Of a stretch of 64,000 nucleotides of DNA, positions 1-8,505 are shown piece by piece (positions within the stretch are counted from its first letter, which is position 1; each line of letters begins with the position of its first letter). The DNA lies in IMG/VR virus record IMGVR_UViG_3300046536_000256, positions 62,001-126,000 of that record. One strand, written 5' to 3'. The notes beneath the pieces are model-generated. The model was not told where the DNA came from. It worked only from the letters and a program-made list of their open reading frames with translations, and made no database searches. Made by a program: the position numbers and the translations under genes.

Positions 1-1
1 T

Positions 2-1732
2 GACAGCCTGATCTCCAACTTGAAGACTATTCAGGAAGGTAAAGACTGTGAGTTCGACATGTCTGAGTTTGCCGAGATGGCTAAAGCCAGTATTGTTCGT
101 CAATTCATGTCGGCTATTATTAGCGGTAAGGGTGACAACATCTCGATCAGCATCGACGAGGAAACCAACAAGATCTTCTTGGCGCGGATGTTTAAGCGTC
201 AGTCGGTCCGTTGCTTGTACGTTCCGGGTGAAAGTGTTACGTACATGGCGTTCAACTACAACCGTTTGGGTATTGGTCAATCCCTGACCCAAGCAGCCAA
301 GATGCACATTGCCCGTCTGGCAGCCTTTGACGTCGCTGACGCCATGGCTAACCTGGAAGCAGCCCAACCCCACAGCCTGATGTCGATTAACATCGCTAAG
401 GAGGATCCCGACCCCGCAGCCACCATCGCGATCGCTCGGTCTGTGTTCTTCGAGGCCAACCCTCGGATTCACAGCATTCTCTCAACGGCCCAACTCTCTA
501 TACCCCAGATTGTGGACTCCTTGCGGGAATCGTCCTTGACGGTGAAGATCAATGCGGGGGAAAACCCTCATATGCCTACACCGGATATCGACATCTCCCA
601 CATGGAAAAGCAGGTCTTCAAACCTGTTGACCAAGCCAGCCGTGAAGAGGTCCTTAACAAGATCTCCAACTACTTTGGTCTACCCCGCAGCTGGCTGGAC
701 ATTGTGGACGGTGGCGAGAACCAGTTCCAAATTGAAGCGTTGACTGAGCACCAGATGCTCCTGAACCAAGGGGCTAATTGGCAAGATCAGTGGTGCGACA
801 TGATCATGGACTTTGAGCGTAAGCACATGTCTGTGAACGGTCCTTTCCTAAATGACTTGGTTAAAGTCATTGTGGACAACAAACCTCTTTGGTCACCGGA
901 CAGTAAGGAGCCGTTGGAAGGCTCTGACGAAGAGAAGATCAAGTTGATCCTCACTGACTTCGTCAACAACATCTATTGCTGGTTGCCTACCCCGTCTAGT
1001 ACCGAGAGCCATGCAAAGCTCAAAGACAAGCTGGACGCGGTGGACGCACTGGTGCAAGCGTGGACCGACCTGTCGGGCTACGAGAAGATGTTGCCGGTGG
1101 TGGCTACGGCTCTGGGGTTGGAAGACGGCGATTACAACGCAGACACGATTAAGGAAGCTCTCAAGGCAGCCTATGTCACGGAAGCGTTTAAGCGATTCAA
1201 CTTGCCGATGCCGTTCGATGAGATTATCAGCGAAGGCAAAGGCGGTGGCATGGCGTCGCTGGTTAACGCGGTTGTGCATCAGCGGGTTAACTTGGCTGAG
1301 TTCTTGGCGAAGTTCACCATTGACGTGGCTGGCGCTGACAAGAAGTTGATCAAAGAGCACCAAGCGAAAATCGCTAAGGCCTTGGCTGCGCTCGAAGAGA
1401 CCGTGAACAAGGTAACCGGCGGCGGTGATGATCAACAACAAGTCGATGGCGACGGTAACCCTATCCCTGGCGGTGACGACCAAGGTAATTTGGGCGGAGC
1501 CGGTGGTGACGACAGTGGGTTGACTGGCGGTGACGATAACGACCTGGGTGGTGGAGGTGGTGACGATGATCTGACGGACGATACTCCTCCGGCGGATGAC
1601 AAACCAGCTGACACTGACGAACCTGCTCCAGATGACGACACTGCCAAGAAAGGCGATGACGACAACGCGGACGGACTCGATCCAGCGAAGAATGACCCTG
1701 AAGAAGACCCTTTCACCACAGGGAAAAAATAA
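2..1732 (+). CDS. Portal protein (phiKZ gp129-like), 5'-truncated by the window edge; Gly/Asp-rich acidic C-terminal tail
   Basis: The frame is open from position 2. Motifs such as YMAFNYNRLGIGQSL and a large helical body, plus position in the phiKZ-like gene order, support the call (inference). Confidence 0.7.
   Translation, partial: DSLISNLKTIQEGKDCEFDMSEFAEMAKASIVRQFMSAIISGKGDNISISIDEETNKIFLARMFKRQSVRCLYVPGESVTYMAFNYNRLGIGQSLTQAAKMHIARLAAFDVADAMANLEAAQPHSLMSINIAKEDPDPAATIAIARSVFFEANPRIHSILSTAQLSIPQIVDSLRESSLTVKINAGENPHMPTPDIDISHMEKQVFKPVDQASREEVLNKISNYFGLPRSWLDIVDGGENQFQIEALTEHQMLLNQGANWQDQWCDMIMDFERKHMSVNGPFLNDLVKVIVDNKPLWSPDSKEPLEGSDEEKIKLILTDFVNNIYCWLPTPSSTESHAKLKDKLDAVDALVQAWTDLSGYEKMLPVVATALGLEDGDYNADTIKEALKAAYVTEAFKRFNLPMPFDEIISEGKGGGMASLVNAVVHQRVNLAEFLAKFTIDVAGADKKLIKEHQAKIAKALAALEETVNKVTGGGDDQQQVDGDGNPIPGGDDQGNLGGAGGDDSGLTGGDDNDLGGGGGDDDLTDDTPPADDKPADTDEPAPDDDTAKKGDDDNADGLDPAKNDPEEDPFTTGKK
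1418..1670 (+). repeat. Coding GGDD-type repeats (ggyggtgaygay) in the portal tail
   Basis: GGGDD, PGGDD, AGGDD, TGGDD, GGGGGDDD, PPADD and PAPDDD are visible in the translation. Confidence 0.8.
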
Positions 1733-1746
1733 AAGATAGACCTTAA

Positions 1747-1780
1747 TACTACTCCTCTAGCCTAGGCTAGAGGAGTAGTA
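1747..1780. terminator. Perfect 34-bp palindrome between convergent genes (bidirectional terminator)
   Basis: tactactcctctagcct|aggctagaggagtagta, followed on + by cgtttatgtttg. Confidence 0.85.
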
Positions 1781-1793
1781 CGTTTATGTTTGG

Positions 1794-2534
1794 TTAGTTG
1801 TCATCCCAAGGATCAGACTGAATAATCCAGCCCGGGTATTGGCGGTCGATCTCTTTCATTTGCTCAGAGAACGACAACAGATATTCCCGATCCACATGCG
1901 GGATATGGTCGATCATGTTTTCTGGGTGGCCGATGACCAGCATGAGGTTCTTCCCGGACATCATCCCAGGGTTCTCATGCGCTCTACCCACCAGTTGCTG
2001 ATGGATAAGCCAATAGATGTGGTGTGCATCGTCCACATCCATTGGCCAAGTGCTGTGGTGGGTCAGGTAATTAAGGACAGCCCCGATGCCAGCCAACGCA
2101 CCATGGACAGGTTCGTTAACATCGGGTGGAAGGAAACGCTCAAGCGAGACAGTGATACAACCAATACGACGCTCGTCCCCACGCGCTTTATAGGTTTCCC
2201 AAGTTCCGCGGAGGAAGTCTTTAGGGAAACGGTATTCTTCGTAACCTTTAATAAAGTCACGACCAGGTTTATCGGGATTACCCTTAACCTCTTTGCGTAC
2301 CTGTGATGCCAGTTCCAGTTGCTGCTTACGCGATAAAACAATCTCGCCCTCCTCGTTAACTTCAGCAGCCTGAACCACTGGCTGCAACAACCGTTCCCTT
2401 ACTATTTCCATCAGTTGCTTAAGGGTTGGCAGGGAGCGTTCTTTAAAAGCAGGCGGGATGTTGGAGATCTGTGCGAATGTCATGCACCCCAAGAGTTCAG
2501 CTAACTCTTCATTGCTAAGTGGTTTCTCGTTCAT
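1794..2534 (-). CDS. Hypothetical protein; N-terminal helical module shared with two neighbours
   Basis: 246-aa ORF with an AAGGA SD; no recognisable family. Confidence 0.8.
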   Translation of the reverse strand: MNEKPLSNEELAELLGCMTFAQISNIPPAFKERSLPTLKQLMEIVRERLLQPVVQAAEVNEEGEIVLSRKQQLELASQVRKEVKGNPDKPGRDFIKGYEEYRFPKDFLRGTWETYKARGDERRIGCITVSLERFLPPDVNEPVHGALAGIGAVLNYLTHHSTWPMDVDDAHHIYWLIHQQLVGRAHENPGMMSGKNLMLVIGHPENMIDHIPHVDREYLLSFSEQMKEIDRQYPGWIIQSDPWDDN

Positions 2535-2602
2535 CTTTCAAATCCTTGTGTAGAAGACAGTGGAAACCGCGGGGCTAAACAACACCCCACGGAGTACAGT
2601 GT

Positions 2603-4390
2603 TTACCAGGTGGTGGCCGATCCACTGATCGGTGCTAACCAGAAACGATCGGGGATCAGTTCTTCGTTAGACAGGTCAGTGTAAATGATCCAACCTTTGA
2701 TTGCTGAATCAGGGAACGCAACTTGCAAGCCTTCAGGCATCGCCGCCACGAGACCGTAAGCGAAGTTCAGCACGGTGAACTCAGACGAGCTGATTGGTTT
2801 GCTGGCCAGTGCGGCTTTAACCTCGTCAGAGATCGTTTGATGTCCATTACGGGTAAACCTCAGTTCAGAGATACTGGTGATCAAGGTGTCGAAAGTATCT
2901 TCGATTGTGTCTGACACCTGGAACTTGAACGTTTGCAGCGGGTACTTCAAACTACCCAAGGTCTCGATCAAACCCGGGTATTGAACCCACTCGGCGCCTT
3001 CCGGGTATTCGAGCCGTTGGAGAAGGTTACCAATGCTAGTGCAGTTGTAAACGACCGAACCCTTTGTGTCTAGGTTAGTCGTGTGCTGGGCCACGTTCCC
3101 TGTATACGTGTCGATTGCCATACCCACAAACCGTTCATTACGCGGCAGTCCCAGAGGGGTTAGGTCATAACCACCAACTTTGCTCCCAGCGATTACTGCG
3201 TGGTAACGATTGTTGACATTTGTCATAGCACCCATGAAAGGACTGAACGGGAATTCAGCGTGCCCGAAACTGTTGTACCGCTCGTTGGCATAGTTCCCCG
3301 GCCCCGCTGGCATGCTGAACTCAGGGTTCTTCTGCCACGCACCCATGTGATCTTTAACGTATCGCGGACCAGCCAAACGTTCTTTCACCAACTCTAACAG
3401 TTCCAAACCAGCAGGGTTGTTAGCCCCACGCATCTGCGCCGGCATTGGGCGGATCTGAGTGAGTGAGTAGAGTTCCAGAAGACCCACGATGTCGTTATTG
3501 GTAACACGCCCGTACGGGTCCATCGGACCACCGGGCATCATGAACATGCGGTTAGGGCTGAAGCTGTTGAATGGGTTGAGTGGTGGGTTGGAGTTATTGA
3601 ACATCCCATATGGGTGCGGGGTTGGTTTGACCATGCTGTCAGTTACCCCGGCAACGAATCCATTGGATCCCAGTTCAATGGTGTAACGGTCGACACAGGT
3701 GAATTCCCAGCCTGGATGACCGATCTCTTTCCTTTCCCAGAGCTTGGCGGTGACAGTGTACCGATCAATGAGCTGGGTCAGCAGAGGCATGGACGGAACC
3801 ATCGTGTTAATGACGGCGGTTGCATCCAATTCGTCGATGAAGAAACCGGTGTTGACCAAGTGAGTTTTCAGGAAGTTCAGGTCAATTCCCTGTGGGGTCA
3901 TGAACTCGTTCAAAGTAACGGTCATGGTCAAAGGTTTCTGTGGTTGAGTTTGCATGGTGTCAGTACCCTTCTTTGGTGTAAGGTTAGAAATGAACAGTTG
4001 GGTTCGTTTGGTTTTGTTTCTGGTGCCTTTTACGCAGTATTCCAGGTGGTAATCGATCAGCTTCATTTTCGAGCCGAGTACCAAAGTTACTTGGTTTTTC
4101 TGCAACCCGCCAATGTCGCAAAGCAGCCCCGGTAGTCGCTCACTGAGATCTTGTCGAACTAGCTTGCGGCCGGTCTCACCCACCGGCCAGAGACCGTCGC
4201 GGTCGCAACCGTCCAGAACCTTACACAGGCTCTCCATGAACGAGTTGGGCGCTTGCGCCATCAGACTATTCAGATCGATCTGAATGAAGTCGTCTTTTAC
4301 AGTCAAGCTTGCGTGTCCAGTAGAACCTTTCCCCAAACCAATGAACAGGTCGAAAAATCTTCTACCAACTGATTGCCGTTGGTTCTCCAT
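2603..4390 (-). CDS. Hypothetical protein with a central M/N/P/F-rich low-complexity region; possible internal start at 3955
   Basis: Long ORF; the best start is ATG 4390, preceded by AAGGGGG. Confidence 0.75.
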   Translation of the reverse strand: MENQRQSVGRRFFDLFIGLGKGSTGHASLTVKDDFIQIDLNSLMAQAPNSFMESLCKVLDGCDRDGLWPVGETGRKLVRQDLSERLPGLLCDIGGLQKNQVTLVLGSKMKLIDYHLEYCVKGTRNKTKRTQLFISNLTPKKGTDTMQTQPQKPLTMTVTLNEFMTPQGIDLNFLKTHLVNTGFFIDELDATAVINTMVPSMPLLTQLIDRYTVTAKLWERKEIGHPGWEFTCVDRYTIELGSNGFVAGVTDSMVKPTPHPYGMFNNSNPPLNPFNSFSPNRMFMMPGGPMDPYGRVTNNDIVGLLELYSLTQIRPMPAQMRGANNPAGLELLELVKERLAGPRYVKDHMGAWQKNPEFSMPAGPGNYANERYNSFGHAEFPFSPFMGAMTNVNNRYHAVIAGSKVGGYDLTPLGLPRNERFVGMAIDTYTGNVAQHTTNLDTKGSVVYNCTSIGNLLQRLEYPEGAEWVQYPGLIETLGSLKYPLQTFKFQVSDTIEDTFDTLITSISELRFTRNGHQTISDEVKAALASKPISSSEFTVLNFAYGLVAAMPEGLQVAFPDSAIKGWIIYTDLSNEELIPDRFWLAPISGSATTW

Positions 4391-4478
4391 GTTGATCCCC
4401 CTTAGATTTCGATAGTGACGCCGTCGGTTGGTTTGACCACGTTTGCCATTAATAAAGTCCATCGATGTAGAAAAGAAA

Positions 4479-4528
4479 AACCCTCTAACTCTATTAGTGC
4501 TTGGGTGAGAAAATAGAGTTAGAGGGTT
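4479..4528 (-). terminator. 17-bp stem / 16-nt loop hairpin with a U-rich tail on the minus strand
   Basis: aaccctctaactctatt ... aatagagttagagggtt, preceded on + by aaaagaaa. Confidence 0.7.
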
Positions 4529-4532
4529 GATG

Positions 4533-5285
4533 TTAGAGAGCGTTTCTTACTTCCTGCGGGACCGCACCCGGTTCGTACCGATTCCGAACGTTGCCATCCA
4601 TATCGCAAACGTATATCCCCAGTGCTGCTGGGTTGCTCAGCGTATGGAAAGCATGGTAGATCGTCTTGGTATCGAAGTTAACGGTTACGTCGGTAAAGAC
4701 TTCTTGCGAGGTCCAGACAGGGAACAAGTTGTAAGCCACCGGGATGATCTCAGGGTCACGTGAGATGAACGTGATCGGGAATGCGTAATACTGGTGCCCG
4801 GTGATGTAGTGGCGGACCAATACCCCTTTGGTTTCAGGATGCGGAATGTCAACCAGAACACGCCAGCAGTTGAACTCCAGTTCTTGCTGGAGTTCAATGT
4901 ATACCTGAGCCTTCGAATAGCTTTCCGACCGGATGTGGGCTTCAAGCTGCCGGAGGATGTTGCCGTACACGTTGTCGCGTTGAACAGCCCCGCCTTCAGC
5001 TGCGTACACCATGTCCTTCACCATGTTCCTGACGTGGTCGTAGGGACTACTCTCGGCGTCTACAATTTTGGTGAGATCGATACCCCTTCTTACGGTATTG
5101 CTCTGTCGGGCCCCTGTGACTTTTTCCTCGCCTTCTTTCAGGGTAAGACGACGGGCTACAGCTGCGAGCAACTTAACCGTATCGGCCGTCATTGGCGCGT
5201 AGGTTACCAGGTTGTGGATTTCCTGGGACAGTTGTTCATTGTCCATCAGGCGGTAACGGTTACCGCGCGATTCAGTGATTGCCAT
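4533..5285 (-). CDS. Hypothetical protein
   Basis: 250-aa ORF with an AAGGG SD. Confidence 0.8.
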   Translation of the reverse strand: MAITESRGNRYRLMDNEQLSQEIHNLVTYAPMTADTVKLLAAVARRLTLKEGEEKVTGARQSNTVRRGIDLTKIVDAESSPYDHVRNMVKDMVYAAEGGAVQRDNVYGNILRQLEAHIRSESYSKAQVYIELQQELEFNCWRVLVDIPHPETKGVLVRHYITGHQYYAFPITFISRDPEIIPVAYNLFPVWTSQEVFTDVTVNFDTKTIYHAFHTLSNPAALGIYVCDMDGNVRNRYEPGAVPQEVRNAL

Positions 5286-5314
5286 GTTAGGTTACCCTTG
5301 TTTGAAATGAGACA

Positions 5315-5345
5315 AAAATAAAGGGGCGCGCAACGCCCCCCTTTT
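5315..5345 (-). terminator. Intrinsic terminator
   Basis: GC-rich hairpin ggggcg...cgcccc flanked by A and T runs. Confidence 0.7.
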
Positions 5346-5358
5346 ACCGCGTCGACCA

Positions 5359-5730
5359 TTACTGGCCGGCGAGGTTGCACAGTGAGTCAGTGATCGCAGC
5401 ACCCAGGCTAGCAACACTAACGCCGAAGCTTGCAGCGGTGATGCCGGTCAGAACTTTGGTGGTGGTGTTGATATTGCTGATAGGACCCATTACGGTACCC
5501 AGTGCATAACCACCCAGTGCGCCGATAGCCGCGCCAACCAGTGCTGCACCTTTAGAGCTACCGCCAGACAGTGCACAAACACCACCCAGGATACCACCGG
5601 CAACACCAGCGATTTCAGATACAGCCAGACCTTCGTTACGGATACCAGTGATAGCGGTGCGGTCGCGCAGGCCCAGTTCTTCTTTAACGGAAGCAGCGTC
5701 AGCAGCAAAAGAGGAAGAGAAAGAAGTCAT
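5359..5730 (-). CDS. Small glycine-zipper membrane protein, probably early
   Basis: GxxxG repeats (GVAGGILGGVCAL..., GAALVGAAIGALGGYALG); has its own early-type promoter and terminator. Confidence 0.75.
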   Translation of the reverse strand: MTSFSSSFAADAASVKEELGLRDRTAITGIRNEGLAVSEIAGVAGGILGGVCALSGGSSKGAALVGAAIGALGGYALGTVMGPISNINTTTKVLTGITAASFGVSVASLGAAITDSLCNLAGQ

Positions 5731-5786
5731 TGATCAAGTCCTTGTATAACGGGATAGGAAAGTTATTTGTGTTACTTATGTACCCT

Positions 5787-5806
5787 AGTTATATAGACCT
5801 GAAAAA
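5787..5806 (-). promoter_or_regulatory. Early (virion-RNAP)-type promoter
   Basis: Minus strand TTTTTCAGGTCTATATAACT resembles the phiKZ early consensus (T-run ... TATATTAC); related motifs occur at 11349 and 61463. Confidence 0.65.
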
Positions 5807-5824
5807 GAATATAAGTTAAATTTA

Positions 5825-6052
5825 TTACATGTAGAAGTGGGGGAAAGAAATCCAGTCGTAATAGCTGAGTACCGCCACAGTGACTATGCCGCCAACCGCC
5901 ATCAACAGAACTATATTAAACGCCATCCAGAGGAACTCACCCGTCCGCTCAAGGAACGAACGACGATCAGGTTGGTGAATACCGTAGGCAACACCGTCTT
6001 CGTAGTGGATGCGCCTTAGTTCTTTATCCAGTGCTTCTGCTTGTGGTGACAT
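5825..6052 (-). CDS. Small single-pass membrane protein
   Basis: Start MSPQAEA with a GAGG SD; hydrophobic segment FLWMAFNIVLLMAVGGIVTVAVLSYY. Confidence 0.7.
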   Translation of the reverse strand: MSPQAEALDKELRRIHYEDGVAYGIHQPDRRSFLERTGEFLWMAFNIVLLMAVGGIVTVAVLSYYDWISFPHFYM

Positions 6053-6106
6053 ATGGGGTGCCTCTAAATAAAGGGTGTTGTGTTGAAAAGAAAGGTCAAG
6101 CAAACA

Positions 6107-6137
6107 TAACTCAGGGGCTTTGGTGGCCCCTGAGTTA
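6107..6137 (-). terminator. Hairpin terminator with TATG tail
   Basis: taactcaggggc...gcccctgagtta; minus-strand tail TATGTTTGC. Confidence 0.75.
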
Positions 6138-6148
6138 ATGTCCGTTAC

Positions 6149-8491
6149 TTAGTCGAGCGCGAGGAGTACCAGCGGTTGCTTACGAGATACGTGACGAAGA
6201 GTCGCCATGTTCTTGTCAACGGCCGAGTAGCTCCACAGCCACAGATTGTCGCTGGTAGTGAAACACACCAGTTTATCAATGGTGTCAAACGAAGCTTCTT
6301 CGCCCATGGTCGGATCGAAAGCTTTCTCGATCAGATCGAAGTATTCCGGGAAGGTGCTGCGTTTCAATTGAATCGGTAGGTTTGTATCGGTGTAGATCGG
6401 GCCGCCACGGTTGTTAATGAACGTGATGTACAGTGGGCGTTCCAGAATCAATTCCTGCGCGTACTTGATCTGCTCGATAGCCGACAGTTCTGCTGCATCC
6501 GGTTTGGATGGATGAGCGTACGTGAAGATTTTCAGTTCTTCGAGCAGGTAGTGTTCTTGATCATTCGAGTTCAGGATGCGGAACATCACGGAGTCGGTTC
6601 GCTCCAAGATACCATCCAGTTCCTCGTAGTCCTTCACAATGCTGTCCACCGAAAGGTAGTGAGCTTCGTGAGGGTAACTGTCGTAACCAGCACAGTTAAT
6701 GAAGTAGTTATTGATTGCCGTTGTCAGTCGACTGTCAATGAACGACATCAGTTCTTTGTCGATGATGTTCTGACGGAAGTACGCCAGGGTTGCTTTCATC
6801 GCGGTGTAGAAGTTAGGACGCGTTGTCATCTCGCTGTCTTTAAACAGGAATGGCAGGTCCTGGAACAAACGGACTTTGTCTTCCGGTTTCGCGCACGCAA
6901 ACGTATCCCACACTTTGGTGTTGAAGCTCACCGCGTTGACTTTGGTGAAGTTCTGGCTTACACGCTGGTTGACATTGATCAGGGTCGATTCCAACTCTTT
7001 CGAGCTGGCAGCCAAGATCTGGTCTTTCAGGGTGATAACCGGGATTTTGTCTTTCTCCTCCAGCGTTTGGCAAGTCTCAATAGAGATTGTCAGTGCTGCG
7101 TCGCCTTTCAAGCCGGCAACATCTTCAACCGCAGAAGTTTCAACGGTCAAGAAATCTCCGCCATCATCGGACAGACGTGGTAGGAGTTTATGCGGGTCAC
7201 TCAAAACGGTAGGCATATCGTAGCCCTCGCAACGGACGATTCGACTGAACCATCCCGAGTCCGCATCAAGATCGATAATCACGATCCGGAAGCAGCCCTC
7301 TAGGACGGTTTCCTCTTTCTTCATTTCTGGGTGTTTAACAAACGCGTGCTTAATATTCTTCCAGTCGGTCTCGGTAACCAAGTAATGATTTGGTTTACCG
7401 ATGTTGTAGAAGAATCTGCTGAGCTGGAACTCTCCTTTGTTTTTGGGTGTAAGGTTGTTAAGGTCGTTACGGATTTTGTTCCAGTTGTGATCTGCGGCAA
7501 TGCTCGCTTCGACTGGGTCGTGACGGTCATTGTGCTGAACGTTCCCATGGTAATCACGGGCGTTCTTCTGAACGATGGAGAACAGATCACGGGCATCGCC
7601 GAAATCGGCCTGTCCGTGCATCGCCAGACCTTGGTTGCCGTACAGATACTCGGCACCCGATTCATAGCGGTTGTTCGTCAAGTCAGACCGAACAGCGGCT
7701 TTGATTTCCCACTTGATCCCAGCATACGGGTTGTTGATCCCGAACACCGCACACGCCGAGCTGATCACGTCGCTGTAGTTTTCCAGGTTTGGCATTTTGA
7801 TGGCCAAGTCCTTAGGCAACTGGCGAGCGTGGACGTTACCTTCCGGCGTCTTCATCAACCAGTTAACCATCTCCATAAAGAGGATGGAACGGATTGCGAC
7901 TTCAGCCGCACTCAGGTACTGGTTGGAGTTCAGCTCTTCCCGACCGGTCTCCTGACGGATATTGATCAAGCGCCAGCCGAACAACGGAGCTGCTGCAATC
8001 GCCACCGGGCGGTTAAATTCCTGGTGGCGAGAGAACATGGTGATAAACGCATCACGCACTGGACAAGGATGACCTTGCTCATTACGACGGAAACTCTCCA
8101 CCGTTTGTCGGTATACCTCATAAAACTTACCCGACCGCGAGATGAGGTGCTGCATGAAGATTACGTTGATCTGCACCACCTGGGAAGCGTGGTACTGCAT
8201 CGAGTCCTGATCAGGGCCTGAGGAATTTAGAATCTCCTGCATGCCCTGATCGAATACGCCACCCGAACCGTACGATTCCCATTTGATACCACCACCCATC
8301 GCAGCGGTACCGCCATCGACCATCTGACGAAACATCGCCATTGGGTCCATGGGTTGCCCCAGCATGGGGGTTGCACCTAACATGCCTGTGCGAGCACCAG
8401 CAATAGGAAGTTGACCCTGCAAGTTTGGGACTGATACACCGACTCCTCCACCTGGACGAATCATACCGCTTTGACCATTGTTCTGTTGCAT
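6149..8491 (-). CDS. Large hypothetical protein downstream of the nvRNAP beta gene; M/G/Q-rich N-terminus
   Basis: 780-aa ORF in an operon with the RNAP subunit. Confidence 0.75.
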   Translation of the reverse strand: MQQNNGQSGMIRPGGGVGVSVPNLQGQLPIAGARTGMLGATPMLGQPMDPMAMFRQMVDGGTAAMGGGIKWESYGSGGVFDQGMQEILNSSGPDQDSMQYHASQVVQINVIFMQHLISRSGKFYEVYRQTVESFRRNEQGHPCPVRDAFITMFSRHQEFNRPVAIAAAPLFGWRLINIRQETGREELNSNQYLSAAEVAIRSILFMEMVNWLMKTPEGNVHARQLPKDLAIKMPNLENYSDVISSACAVFGINNPYAGIKWEIKAAVRSDLTNNRYESGAEYLYGNQGLAMHGQADFGDARDLFSIVQKNARDYHGNVQHNDRHDPVEASIAADHNWNKIRNDLNNLTPKNKGEFQLSRFFYNIGKPNHYLVTETDWKNIKHAFVKHPEMKKEETVLEGCFRIVIIDLDADSGWFSRIVRCEGYDMPTVLSDPHKLLPRLSDDGGDFLTVETSAVEDVAGLKGDAALTISIETCQTLEEKDKIPVITLKDQILAASSKELESTLINVNQRVSQNFTKVNAVSFNTKVWDTFACAKPEDKVRLFQDLPFLFKDSEMTTRPNFYTAMKATLAYFRQNIIDKELMSFIDSRLTTAINNYFINCAGYDSYPHEAHYLSVDSIVKDYEELDGILERTDSVMFRILNSNDQEHYLLEELKIFTYAHPSKPDAAELSAIEQIKYAQELILERPLYITFINNRGGPIYTDTNLPIQLKRSTFPEYFDLIEKAFDPTMGEEASFDTIDKLVCFTTSDNLWLWSYSAVDKNMATLRHVSRKQPLVLLALD

Positions 8492-8505
8492 GGCTAGTTT
8501 ACTCT

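Noticed and set aside
4391-4462. Longest-ORF N-terminal extensions (also at 6103, 22034, 29309, 37585, 38012, 45335)
   Set aside because: They overlap upstream genes or terminators, whereas the downstream ATGs have SDs or stop/start coupling.
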